Shown: positions 37,479 to 49,629 of the stretch, one piece after another
Position numbering within the stretch: position 1 is the stretch's first letter
Layout: the number at the start of each line of letters is the position of its first letter
Position numbers and translations under genes: made by a program
The notes under the pieces: generated by a model
The model's input: only the letters and a program-made list of their open reading frames with translations
What the model was told of the DNA's origin: nothing
Database searches by the model: none
Assembly: GCF_009834535.1 (NCBI RefSeq)
Contig: NC_045697.1
Span: 108,998,001 to 109,062,000 of the forward strand
Source of the DNA: Camelus ferus
Lineage: Eukaryota
Direction: 5' to 3'
DNA length: 64,000 nucleotides

Positions 37479-39006
37479 AAGCAATTTATTTTTTAAAAAA
37501 TTATTCAGTTGAAAAATTAGATATGGGAAGTTATGTTTCTGATATAAAGGGAAATGAGATATTACCAGGGATAGCATTTAAGGTTTATATCCGTTTGCTT
37601 CCTCCTCCCCTGATTAATTAGTTTAATTAATTGACCAATCAATCAATTAATTAGCATATTATCTTCCCATAAAAGGTTTCTTTCAACTGAAGCTTAGGAG
37701 TAAACCTTGCTGGAGCTCGCTCTTGTTCCTCTCCTGGATTAGCTTTCTGTGTGTGTGTCTGGTGTGTGTCTGGTGTGTGATGTGTCTGTAGTTGTGTGTG
37801 TGGTGTGTGTGCATGGAGGTGCATGCTCCAGACAGGGCCCCTGGGCCAGCTGCATGTCTCTGCCCCTGCTCTGGCCTCTGTTGGTGGCTGGGACCCTGCT
37901 TTAGGGAAAGCCGATCTCATTCCCCCTTGACTTCTCCCCGGGCACCTCAGTAACTCTTCTGCGCGGGGTTCCTGATGTTTCTGTCCAGTGGTGTCTTCTC
38001 CCACCGCTGCCCCTCCAGACTCTAATATCTGGTGGACTAGTTAACATTTGAGAGGGGCGAGTCCGCCATTTCCGGTTCTTTGAACAACTGGCCAAATTTC
38101 TGCTTGCCCCCTTGGGTGGACTGCTCAGCCTGCCCAGTGTCTCATGTTGTGCGCTGGGACCTTGCGTTCTGGCGTCCGTGGCACTGAGAATGCCCGCCCA
38201 GTGCCTTCACCTCCTTCTGTCTCCGAGGCAGAGTCTCTGGCACTCCCTGACCCTCAGATTTTTAGCATTCATCAGTTGGAATCACCGGCCTGATTTCTTC
38301 TTTGTCATTTTCTGTCATTGTGGTAGAATGTTTATTCCTATTTGGTTTTCCTGTTGAGTTGCTCTGACCTGTGTTGAAATTAAGTATTTTTTTCTTCAGC
38401 TCATCATATTTTCTTTAAGAGACCAAGAATTAAGAAACATTTTCTTCTTTCAGTGTAGAGGCCTTTATAAATTTCTTCCTATACCAAGCCTGAAGCAACA
38501 GCTTTGAAAGGACTGTTTCTCCTGTTCAAATAAAGGTGGAAGAATATGTTTTCATACTGAGCAATACAAATTTGTGGGCATGGTGGAAACATTTCTTATC
38601 TGGTTACCCTTCAAAACCTGGCCTTCTTAGATAGCACCTATCAGCAGTGATCCAAGTATAATTTTTTTAAAGTAATACCAGACTTAATGGAGAATATTAA
38701 CTTAAAAATACCATAGGGGACATTTTATTATCTGTATATACTGTAATTTTAATAATTAAAAAAATTTTTTTAGCTTTTCAAATATATTAACAATTTTCAG
38801 TATTGTTTATTTGCATAGGAGTATGTACAAAAGATTTTTTGTTTAAAGAACTAGTTTACCAATATATGACAATAATAAGTTCCTTTTTAAACCTTTAGGT
38901 CAATCCAAATGAAATGCAGTTTTGAATAAAATGGAAAGAGTCTCTGGGTACCTGCCTCTAAGGGTTGGGGTTTTGCAAGTTGTTTACATGTCATCCCAGC
39001 CTGTTT

Positions 39007-39040
39007 TTTGTTTTTTGTTTTTGTGTTTGGTTTTTTTTTG

Positions 39041-39072
<32 letters not shown>

Positions 39073-39190
39073 GGTGGGGGAGGTAATTAGGCTTACTTAC
39101 TTATTTATTAGAGGAAGTACTGGGGATTGAACCCAGGACCTCATGCCTGCTAAGAATGCGCTCTATAACTTGAACTATACCCTCCCCCCA
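39007..39190 (-). mobile_element. tRNA-derived SINE (Vic-1-like) with (TTTG)n tail and 12-bp TSD
   Basis: TSD cccagcctgttt at 38995-39006 and 39193-39204. Confidence 0.92.
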
Positions 39191-39638
39191 CCCCCAGCCT
39201 GTTTATTTTTTATCTCCTCATAGCTCATTGGCTAAGCAAAATGTCTCTCACTATTCATTTTCATAGTTCATAAATAAAGCCTCAAAGGATATAAAGGAAA
39301 AAATTAAAAAATAACTGCTGAGAAATTATTCCTGTTAACACAGTGTGCTGCTTTTCATAAGGCTTTTGTAGTTGCCACTACTTGAAAATTTTCGTTATCA
39401 GAGTACTTTGTGATTCTTAAGTGTCACACGTATTTGATTCCCCATTAAACGCTAGGGCATGCCTCAGCCAGTAGCCAGGGGTACGCTAGGTATACTATAG
39501 AATATGCTACTTTGTGTCAATCTCTTACACAGTTTAGGGTCAGAGCTAGTGTCAGACACACTAGAATTTGGGTGTAGTCACTGTCTTTTGTGTGTTTAAG
39601 CTGAAGGCTTCTCTGAGGTGGTGTGTTCTTTCTGACAG

Positions 39639-39709
39639 AGCTGCTGTCATGTGAAGAGCTACATTCGATCTTACACTTGGTGCTGCAGGCAGGAAACATC
39701 ATGAATGCA
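39639..39709 (+). CDS. FHDC1: FHDC1 coding exon 6 (ELLSCEELHSILHLVLQAGNIMNA)
   Basis: tctgacag| acceptor, GCA|GTAAGT donor. 71 nt. FH2 signature GNxMN. Confidence 0.96.
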
Positions 39710-39810
39710 GTAAGTAAAGTTCAAAGCGTTGAAAAATGTTGAATTTCCAACTCTATTTGTCTGTCTAAAGGTATATGCCTATTTTTTTTCTTCCGATTTG
39801 TCTTCTTCAG

Positions 39811-39918
39811 GGAGGGTACGCTGGCAATGCGGTAGGATTTAAACTGTCTTCTTTGCTCAAATTGGCAGACACAAAAGCAAACAAACCCGGGATGAATCTC
39901 CTGCACTTTGTCGCGCAG
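39811..39918 (+). CDS. FHDC1: FHDC1 coding exon 7 ([36 protein letters not shown])
   Basis: tcttcttcag| acceptor, CAG|GTATGT donor. 108 nt. FH2 post motif GFKLxSLxKLxDTK. Confidence 0.97.
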
Positions 39919-41711
39919 GTATGTGGAAGGGAGTCGTACAGAGAGAGAACAGATGTGAGATCCCCTGGAGGCAGTGAGGGCTTTCGCAGGGGGAAGGCGG
40001 CATCAGACAGAGTCAGGGAAGGGCATCAGTAGGAAGGTTTCTATTCGCAGATTCCTGAGCTGAGCTGCCCCTGGCGTTACAGGCCTGGAGGGGCATGGAG
40101 CGGGGGCTCAGGGGAGGGAGGCAGAGTGGTTGGTGAAGCCAGGTTATGAAGGATTCAAATCCTAAAGCTGGGGAATTTGGATTTCATGCTTTAGCAGTGG
40201 GGAGCCAACAGAAGTTTGTATACAGCATCGTGGCAGGACCAGGTGGGTTTTTGCTTCTAGGAAAATGAGGCAACGTAGAGGACGGCTAAGAGTGGGGAGA
40301 GAACAACAGGGCTACCTCCTGGTGGAAGTTGGTGCAAGTTGCTGGGTGAGATTAAGTATTTTTTTCAGAGTAATGGCCACCGGGATGGAGCATAGAGCCC
40401 AAAGGTTGACACATCCCTGGTGTTGAACTGGGTAGATTTCTGACCAGTTATATGTAAAGGGTGACGGAGTCAGGGCCATGAGAGGCTCACTTCCACTCTT
40501 GCCTCTGTGAACTGTGGGTTAGGGTGCCCTGCTGTTCACATGGGTTTGGGTTCATCACTTCCACCTTTGACTGGGTCTGCGTGACACCAAAATAACTAGT
40601 GACAAAGTGAAAGATCAGCCGAGGACAGTTCTCTCTCTCTTGTTAAATTGTCTCACATAGAGAGTCGTGCTGATTTGTTTTTCCCTTCCCTGAATCTCCT
40701 GGCTGTTTTGACAACGATCACGTAGCCAGAACTTAACCTGGGAAGAAAGTCGTGTTGCCTGCGTGTTTCAGGTGTGAGCTTCAGAATGGATCAGAACAGG
40801 GAGATTTTGACTTGTCCTTTTACAGGCTGTACTTCCTCAGACACGTTACTTAATCCTTAAGATCCTCAATTTCTCCATCTAATGATGAGGGCTAGTGAGA
40901 CCTCAAAACTAGGTAATTAAGAGGGCGGAGGGAGATAAATCCATAAAGTGCTCATTAGCTCAGTGTTCAGAATCTAGTAAGCACTCCATAAATAATCCAC
41001 ACTGTCATCACTTGATTCTTCAGAAAACAGAGGGCACATTGAACTCAGTGCAAGTTTAAGAGTTAGTTTTCAGGATGTTAAAACCAGAAAATGTGTTGCT
41101 CACTGCGCATGGCCTGCACCACCTCCCAGCTGCCCCTTTAGGTCCCTGCATCACAGTGCTCTGTGTAACTTGGTCTCTGCCTGTGTGGGGAGGTTTCCCA
41201 AGTTCGTAATTGCTCCCTTCATACCTGCCTTCCTTGCACCCTCTGAACCAGCGAAGAATTCCAGCACCTCTGTGGCCTGTGTACCTCCTGATTAAACTCA
41301 CTTTGCAAACTGGTTTAACAGCTGAAAGGATCTTGGTCACAGGCGAGCGTACTCGTAGGTATGGGTGGTGTCTAAGCAGGATATATTGGTTTCTCTTAGG
41401 AACCCAGGGCCCTGCTGAGCCCCACCTCCTTCCACTGAGTTTTCTTGCACATGAATAGTATTTCATGTCAGGATCAGTTGCTCAGTGTTTCTTCAGAGTA
41501 GAAGAGTTCAGGTAAATCTGGTAAATCTTACTAAGAATATGAGAATAAGAGTCCATGCCTCCAGGAATTGCTTTGAATATATCAAGCGTAAGCATGGGAA
41601 CAGTGATTTCATGGTTCCTTTAAGCCCTGAGGAAATTTTATTATCTGTAATAGTGGATGAAATTCCAGTTCTATCCCCACATAGTGAGAGAAAATTCTGT
41701 TTTTGTTACAG

Positions 41712-41782
41712 GAAGCCCAAAAGAAAGATGCCGTTCTTCTAAACTTTTCTAAAAAATTGTATCACGTTCAGGAGGCTGCTAG
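41712..41782 (+). CDS. FHDC1: FHDC1 coding exon 8 (EAQKKDAVLLNFSKKLYHVQEAA)
   Basis: ttttgttacag| acceptor, TAG|GTAAGC donor. 71 nt. Confidence 0.93.
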
Positions 41783-42417
41783 GTAAGCAAGAGAATTGTG
41801 AAATCAAGGGTTTTGTTTGTTTGTTTTTTAAACTGCCTTCTTCTGAAAACTGATGAATATTTTACAACTTCTGGACTCAAGTTTGAACTTTAAAAAGTGT
41901 TGTCTTGTTGAACTCTCAGACCTTCCTTTCAGTTGCTTACAGAGGTGTGTATGCACCTTTGGAGTTTGGGAGTTTTGAAAAATTAATCTTTATTTTTAAT
42001 CTAAAAAACCCTATTGTAGTCTATTCTAATAAATATCATCCCTGAAAAAAAATATATATGGATTAAGAACTTCAAATACTGCCACACCCAAAGATAGAGC
42101 TCAAAGAACACAGCCTGTTACCTTGGGAGTTGGTGTCTATCAGTCAGACTTCAGGGCCATACATCACTGATGCCTTTCAAAGAGAACGTGGTTCGTTTAT
42201 TTCTATAGCATTAAAAGAAGTTGGAACCGTACCAAGGGCTGTGGGAGGATTTTGGTTTAAGTTAGTCACTCAACTTTGCAGAGAAAGCATCTCCCAAACA
42301 TAAAGCTCTATTTACATCACTTTAATTTGCTTATCCTAATATAAATGTGTATTTTGATGTAGCTATAATCTGTGTATATGTGCTGTTTTGAGTTCTGTGT
42401 TCTTAATATCCAGGCAT

Positions 42418-42612
42418 CAGTGGTAAATGTTCAGTAACTAGCTTTTCAAAGCAAAAAGTCCTGATTCACAGCAGCTGTTGATTTCCGTGGCGTAAATACC
42501 GTTGCCATGGCTGATCTCAAGCTCCCACGTGACGTGGCATTACTGATGCAGAGCTGGGGAGAGATACCCACACCCACAGCCACCTCCCGTGAGCTGGCTC
42601 CAGCGCCCACGT
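42418..42612 (-). mobile_element. MER63-like hAT DNA transposon fossil
   Basis: tggtaaatgtt...gatttccgtggcgtaaatac...ccatggctgatctcaagct...gagctggctccagc matches the reverse complement of the recalled MER63 consensus. Confidence 0.7.
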
Positions 42613-43808
42613 CACGTATCAGCCCAGCTCATGTCATCCACTCGTTATCTGAGGGACTCTATCCAGTAGGGCCAGCTGTGAACCATATGCATAAACACAT
42701 GGACTGTAGCTTTTCGAGCCAAGCCCCGTCATCAGCCAGTGTCTCAGTGTTACTGACTGTAAACATCTAACCACAGAAAACATGTCTTTCCCAAAGTGAG
42801 GTTATCAGTGCAAAGGTATGAACAGTTCATAGTTCATATTTACAGATTACCCGTTCGCCCCCGAAAGAATGAGCCTCTTATAAGATGTAAACCGTGTTGG
42901 TTTTGAATTACTAGAAGAAACGTGTGGGAATATATTTTCCTCTTTGTAGGATGGAAATGTTTCTAAGCTATGGACACAGAAATAACACTTTCCATTTCTG
43001 ATCAGAGTTAGACAGGTCACTTTAGCTAGATTTTGTCTTAGCAAAAAACTTCTTTAGTGAAGTTTATTTGTTTGAAAGGAAAAGAGGTATAAAGAGATCA
43101 TAGATGGATGCCAGTGACCAGTGAAGGTGGAAGACTTTACTGCATAAAGAAAAGTTAGAATCAACAATGGAAGCGTGAAAGCATCTTGACTTATGAATTT
43201 GCTAATTGAATGCCACCTGGACTTAGGTTTCACCTCTTCGCTTTACCAGGCGACAGAAAATCATTCATGCCCTATTAATCTTGGCTTGACGTATGTAACA
43301 AAAGCCTGGCCGTCAGTCCTACCGTTTCTCAGAAGAATTGGGAGCTGTGTGTCAGTTCTCTCTAAGACACAGCGCACTGACTCTGGTTGTCTGAGCCATG
43401 TCTCCGTGTTGATGTCACGGTTATCAGCACGCGCTGCCTTGCTTTCGTGAGTTAGAGCTTTTGCGTTTGCGTTTAGTGGCCCGAGGAAAGCATCAGCATC
43501 CGAGTGCTGCCGGACTTCAGTGCTGATGGCACACAGGTGTTCAGACCTAGTTTATGACAAGCTTTACAGGTCCCCTGCTTTTAGTTATCTCACCAGCAAG
43601 ACCAAAATTACAGCCTGCCTTCTATGGACCAGCGTGGGTCTTAAGGAAGGAATCGCCTCTTGAAAAAACATAGGAAGAGGCTCTAAACACAGAAGTGGGT
43701 AAACGTCACTGCAGGAGCTCTCTCCTGTTTTTCGGGTCTCCTTTGATGTACTTGCAGGACACATGGCCACCCTGTGCCAGCTGCGCACTCTCCCCTTTCT
43801 TCTTGCAG

Positions 43809-43926
43809 ATTATCTCTGGATAACACCGAGGCGGAGCTGCACTCGCTCTTTGTCAGGACGCGATCTCTCAAGGACAACATCCAGCCAGACGGGGAGCTTT
43901 GTCAGCAGATGGAAGAATTCCTCCAG
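43809..43926 (+). CDS. FHDC1: FHDC1 coding exon 9 (LSLDNTEAELHSLFVRT...MEEFLQ)
   Basis: tttcttcttgcag| acceptor, CAG|GTGTGT donor. 118 nt. Confidence 0.94.
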
Positions 43927-45349
43927 GTGTGTGTGTGTGTCAGGGCCATCCCTGTGATCTCCAGCAGCCTGGCCGAGGCTGGTTCTGCTCGCAGGGGTGT
44001 GTTCGTGGGAGCAGCAAGCTCCCAGGCGTAGTTTCCCCCTCGGTCAGTAAAAGGAGCTTGATATTTCAGTGCCCATTCTTTGCTGGATCAGTTTTTGGCA
44101 GGATGTTGAATATGGTCTATCCCCGAGGCTTTGGTTAGGACCTGGGTCTCTCTTTATCACTGCTCTGTCTGCCTGATGGCGCTGGTAGCGAACTGGTATC
44201 ACGGATGGTGCATACACTTGGCAGCTTACTCCTGGCCATTCGGGTTTTGGTTCTCAAGCCCAGTTTAGGAGTTCCTGGCTCGCAGTCAAACTTTTGGACA
44301 CCAGAACGAAGTTCCATCGAAATCCTGAAAGACACCTGAGTACTTGGGTGGTTGTTCCTTCCCCCGTTTTGCTGAAGACACAAGCTACGTTGTGGCATGT
44401 TTTAGAGCGAGAGCAGGAGGACACGCGAGAGCTGGGGCCTGTCACCACCCAAAGTGCATCAGCCCCGCAGGGTGTGTCAGGAGCTATTCCCAATAACATC
44501 AACAAACCCAGCAGCGTGGACGTGTTTGTGACAGCTCATTATGACTCACTAGTCACAGAGCCTGACATATATCTTTTATCTTCCTTGTTTAAAAAAAAAA
44601 AAGTGGCACCTTTTCGTGCTTCCAGTCTTCAGTGAAATGGTGTGCCGTTACCTGCCAGTGCTTTGAGACTGGTGAGCTGGAACTCATGAGGCCAGGCGCC
44701 CTCGGTGGCAGGAAGGGACGGTGCTCAGAAGGCCGGTCCAAAACCTAAGCCTGTCCTCGCTGCCTTGTAATGAAGCCTCATCAAATACCGTGAGCTTCAG
44801 GTCCCTTCAGCGAACTTTGATTTTGTTTGGCTCTGCTGGGAGTTTATTTTTCTTGTTAAACACGAGTTCTGTATTTTCTTTCAAATATTGCCAGCCTCTC
44901 ACTTTCCCTTAAAAGTGCACAGATTTTTCTTTTTTTTTCCTCAAAGGGACACAAATCAAATGCCATTACAGAAACACCTAACAGGATCTAGGAAAACACT
45001 CAGCAGTAAGTAAGCACCTTGAGACAAATGGAGCAAATCCAGAAAATCAGGAAGGCTCATCCTACGGCGAGAGGCGGATTCTGAGTGTCTCATTTCCCAG
45101 TTCTTATATGAAATGTTAGTACCTTACGCTCAACAGTCGTACAGAAAGGCTCATGATGCAAAGCAGCTCTGTCTTAGCCACACCCCTAGACCGCTCTTCA
45201 CAGACAACCTTGTTTTCACTCTCAGCTCGTCTTGCTGGTAGTCATTTTTGTCATGAAAGTAAAATGCTCCACACAGCTATTTAGTTTTCTCTTTGGAATT
45301 CGCTTTCTTTTTAAATAGGGAAGATACAATTTTTTAAGGTAAGTTAGAC

Positions 45350-45476
45350 TTCTTTTTTTTATATTATTTTTTTTTAGTGGAGGTCCTCGGAATTGAACCT
45401 AGGGTGCTGGGAGGTACTAGGAACTGACGTCATGCATGCTAAGCACACACTCTACCACTGAGCTCTACCCACCCCC
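45350..45476 (-). mobile_element. Internally rearranged Vic-1-like SINE
   Basis: SINE head with about 23 nt of extra sequence (45404-45426) that partly duplicates the agtacctcc segment. Confidence 0.85.
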
Positions 45477-46784
45477 TCCACCTTACCCTACCCCCCCGTA
45501 GGGTCAGGCCCTGAAGGGCTGTGAATACCAGGGGGAAGCCTTCGTGCTCCAAGCCGTGGGTAACTGCCGTGGGTTTCCCAGCGGAACAATGACAGGAACA
45601 CATTTTACAGCCCTGTTTCGGTATTTTGACCCTTTGGGGAGAAGAACCAAGTGAATTGGTTTGGAACTTCAGTCTGGGGCAGACAGGTGTGAGAGGGAAA
45701 GTTGAATCTGCTGCCACAACTAGCGATCTGTGATTCAGGCTTTGCCACTGTAGCTTTGGGCTTCTTCACCTGTGGCCCTAATTGTGAAAGAAGGGTTCAG
45801 AAACTAACTCCGGGCAAATAACTCCGGGTGCAGTGGTCTTTTTCAGACCCTATTCAGAATATTTCCCTTTCCCAAGTCCTCAGGTGACTGCAAAGCGCAC
45901 ATGTGGGCACCGTCTCTGTCCCCACGGCGTCCAGCGATGAGACACAGAGGTGGAGCGAGCTCCCATGAAGATTCTTGTCAAAGTCCTGTTTTTCTGCAGT
46001 TGAGCTGTTCTTGGCTGGGATCCACCTTTCCCCCCCGAGCAGGAATGACAGGCAGAGATTTATCCTGTAGTTAATGCCCTTCTCTCCATAAAGAAAAACA
46101 CAGCGTGAATGCAAACGCTGCCTTGGGCCTCTGACTCAGATGGTTACTTTCTTTGGTATTTGATTTCCCAAATAGTTTTGGTTTCTTGCTACCTCTCAAA
46201 TGTGTTTGGTGTAAGAAAGGGGCTTTTAAGGGGGATAGTGTGTGGAGTGGGTGGGAGGGGACGCGGTTTCTCGGAATTTCTCTGTAGCTCTGTGGTGGGT
46301 TCCCGCAGCCGCTCCTCTCGGCCAGGGTGGGCCGCCTGCAGCTTCACTGTGGCCCAGGCACATCCCCCACCCAAAGAGAAGTTTCTCAAATATAAGCCTT
46401 TTAAAAATTATCATCATGTGATTTCGTAGGGGCACATACTCCATACATTCTTTCTTCATATAAGCCCGTTATCCAGTGTAAAGAAAGCATCCCGAGACTT
46501 CAGTGTGACCCCAAAGACTGTCTCTACAGGGCTGAGACTCCTCCAGCCCGTGGCTTCCTCACTTCAGCTCGACACTCCTGTCACTGAGCTGCCGTCAGGG
46601 GCGTGTGCCTGTGCCCCTGGGCCTGGGTACCCCACCCCCAAAGGGTTTGAAAGAGCAGGCCTCTTCCATCCCCACTGTGTTGCCCCAGTCATTGAGTCTG
46701 CAGTGGCCTGGGAAGCTGTGTCATAGAAGAATTAGGAGAAAACCAGGATGTTGAGAGGATGGATTTGTATAAGGCAGGAGTTCC

Positions 46785-46900
46785 AAACCGTGGGTACCCA
46801 CCAGAATCTCCCAGGGAGTTTTAATAGAAAAGTGGCGGGTCCACCCCAGACTACTGAAGGGCCTGGGTGGGGGGCAGGCATGGGCTGGAGACTGCACTGA
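46785..46900. mobile_element. MER5-like hAT fossil
   Basis: cagaatctcccagggagttttaa...gggtccaccccagactactgaa. Confidence 0.55.
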
Positions 46901-47409
46901 CTCGGACAAGAAGCCCTGGCTGGGCATTTACCCAGCATGAGGGCTTCAGGCCTGTGAGGGAGAGAGGACGACCCGGACAGAGCTCGTTTGGGGTTAAGTT
47001 TAGACTCCCTCTCAACGAGGCAGACCTCGGAATCAGACAACTTATCAATCCAAGTGGCTTCCGGGACCCTGAAGTAGGCTCTTGGCCAGTGTAAGACTTG
47101 GTTGTGAGAGAAGGAAGAACGGGGCAGACAAGGTTTCCTTACTGAGACCAACTGCACGCCTGTGTCTCGCTTCCGGTGACATTACAGGGGAACGTTAGGT
47201 TGGTGGTCTTCTCCAGGTCTCCTGTGGCTCCCAGGCCTCACCCAGGAGTTCACCTCACTTCCTTGAGGTTTTGTTTGGGGTGAATTATTCTCCTTTTAGC
47301 CCTGAGGGATCGGATGTGCAGGGAGCCTTCCCTTTTCTGAGACCTGAGATTGACCCCGGGCAGCAGGTGGCCGACCGTTCACACCTGCCGTCTGTGTCCT
47401 CTCCCGCAG

Positions 47410-47574
47410 TTCGCCCTGGAAAAGCTGACAGAGCTGCAGCGCTGGAAGCAGGAGCTCCAGGACGAGGCCCACACCCTCATCGACTTTTTCTGTGAAGACA
47501 AGGAGACCATGAAACTGGACGAGTGCCTTCAGATTTTCAGAGACTTCTGTGTCAAATTCAACAAAGCAGTTAAG
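47410..47574 (+). CDS. FHDC1: FHDC1 coding exon 10 (FALEKL...DFFCED...FRDFCVKFNKAVK)
   Basis: ctctcccgcag| acceptor, AAG|GTACGG donor. 165 nt. FH2 C-terminal FxED motif. Confidence 0.95.
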
Positions 47575-49112
47575 GTACGGCTGATGGCAGCTCTGCGTCT
47601 TCTGTGTTTTGGGGATTTTTCTTTTTCTTCTTCCTGACCCAGCCCCCTGCCCGCGGTGGAAAGGTGGTTCAGCAGCTGCGCGGGGTCAGGGAGTCTGGCC
47701 CCGGCGGCACGGCTGGCTGGAGGTCGGGATGGCGGGAAGGCGCTCTGCCAGCTCAGCCCCGAGAGTCCCATCCCATCAGGGGTCTAGCGCTTGGCTGCCT
47801 CTGCTACTTTGCCACTCGGTCTGATGTCCTGAAAGCATTCTGTTTGTCGAGTTTATTTATGATGGCAATCACGACATTAAGACATCTCTTTGAGGATCCT
47901 TCCCTGCTCCCAGCAGACAGTTTCCTCCTTTTTTGGGAGGCCTTTTTTGCAGTGGGGTGATCGGAAGGCCCACTCTCACCTGTTTTGAGCACCGTGGCCA
48001 CTGCCAAGGGTTGGCAGCCTGGGTCCCTTGCTGTCCTCAGCCCAAGCAGGCTCGAAATGCCCAAATAGTGAGGGAGCTGCTGCCGTCTGAGCACAGCAGC
48101 TACATTTCCTGCCCCTCAGCTTCCAATTCCAATTATTCCTGAGTTCACACAGAAGCCGGAAAACTCTCTGGGTGGCTTGGCTTTGCAAACAAAACTTTCA
48201 TCTGTCAATTAAGAACAGAACAGCATCCCTTCATTTCAGGTGCTCACAGGGAACCAAATACCTGTGTGTCATCCCTTTCCCTGTATCTTAAGTGCTCATT
48301 TGTCCATAGCAGACTTTCCTGGAGAGGCTGGTCAAATGCCTCTCCAGCCCTGAGTGAGGAGCCCACAGTCAGTTGAATTCTCAAGCCTCCTTTCTCTGTC
48401 CAGTGAAGAGAAGGGGGCCTAGCCCGTGGCCACGTTTCATCTCCCTTGTCCAAGCAGTGAGGTCAGCAGGGGGAGGCGCAGTGGGTGGTAGAGGCCAAAT
48501 TGGCTCTTTCTGAGGCTTTCACTCCCAGTCAGAGTTCTGTAGGCCCGTGAGGCCACCTGTGTGATGCTCTCAGCCCAGCTGTCCTGAGAGCCAGGAGCTG
48601 GCCCCACGCCGTCTGCAGGCAGCCATGAAAGGAGACGACCCAGGGTCCTTGGGGAGGCTGAGGCCAGAGCTGCAGGAGGGGCCCAGAGTTCTCTGCCAGA
48701 TCCAGAGCCTCACAGAAACTTGGAAGGGAAAGTCCACTGTTTGAGGAAATTGATTTTCAAGCAAAAAGTGCTAATGATAACAGATGTGGGTTGTGCAATC
48801 CACACATTTATGTGTCACATGTATATTTATAGTGCAGGCAGCAAAATGTGCTTTGGTGTGTGCATTTTTTCTAGCTGGATTTTGTTGGGGGAGGCTGGGT
48901 TCTTGGAGCTGGGTGAAAGTCAGGAGGATTTGTAAAGCAAATCCTCTTCTCCAATTGTGGGAAGTGGATAGGGCACAAGGGACAGAGCCACCGTGGCATT
49001 TCTGGTGTTTACCAGGGAGCATTCAAAGAACACAAATTTGAAAGGCATCTCTTAATATCCCGAGTCTTTGCTGGTGCATCCAAATCATTGCTAAGTAGAA
49101 TGTGCCGCATAT

Positions 49113-49114
49113 GA

Positions 49115-49142
<28 letters not shown>
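49113..49142. repeat. (TG)n microsatellite, about 14-15 units
   Basis: Seen directly. Confidence 0.93.
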
Positions 49143-49146
<4 letters not shown>

Positions 49147-49629
49147 GTATCCATGCAACACAGATTCAGGCTCTCTCTTTTAACACCCATAGTATTTTTC
49201 CCTCTGCTGCTGCCCCAATAGCACTTTCCTGGAAGTCCTTTCTGTCTTGCCCTGCTTAAAAACCAAGTTGGGTTCCTCGGAGTTGAGGTTCCAAGCATGT
49301 GTGGAATCACAGCCCACACTGAGGGCACAATGCCTTACTGGACAGCTGGAAGGTGGGCTCAGGGATCTGATGACAACCTTAGACAGACAGTTGGGGCCAG
49401 GCCTAGGGAGCACCACCGGTCATCCCCACCTAGTTTTTGGGAGAATTGCACCCTGCAGAGCTCTGCACCACCCGCATGGATAAACACATATGGTCTCAGT
49501 GAAGATTGTGACCCAGGTCTCTCCTCCAGGCATGTATCTCAGTGGGGTCTTAGGGAAGCTGGCTCTGGACCTGCACTTGGGTCCCATGTGTCTCATGCCT
49601 TTTCCGGCCTCTCTCTACCCCTCCTTCAG

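Noticed and set aside
49297..49629. N-terminal 111 codons of the 779-aa ORF
   Set aside because: Lies upstream of a clear acceptor at 49629. Intronic sequence that is open by chance.
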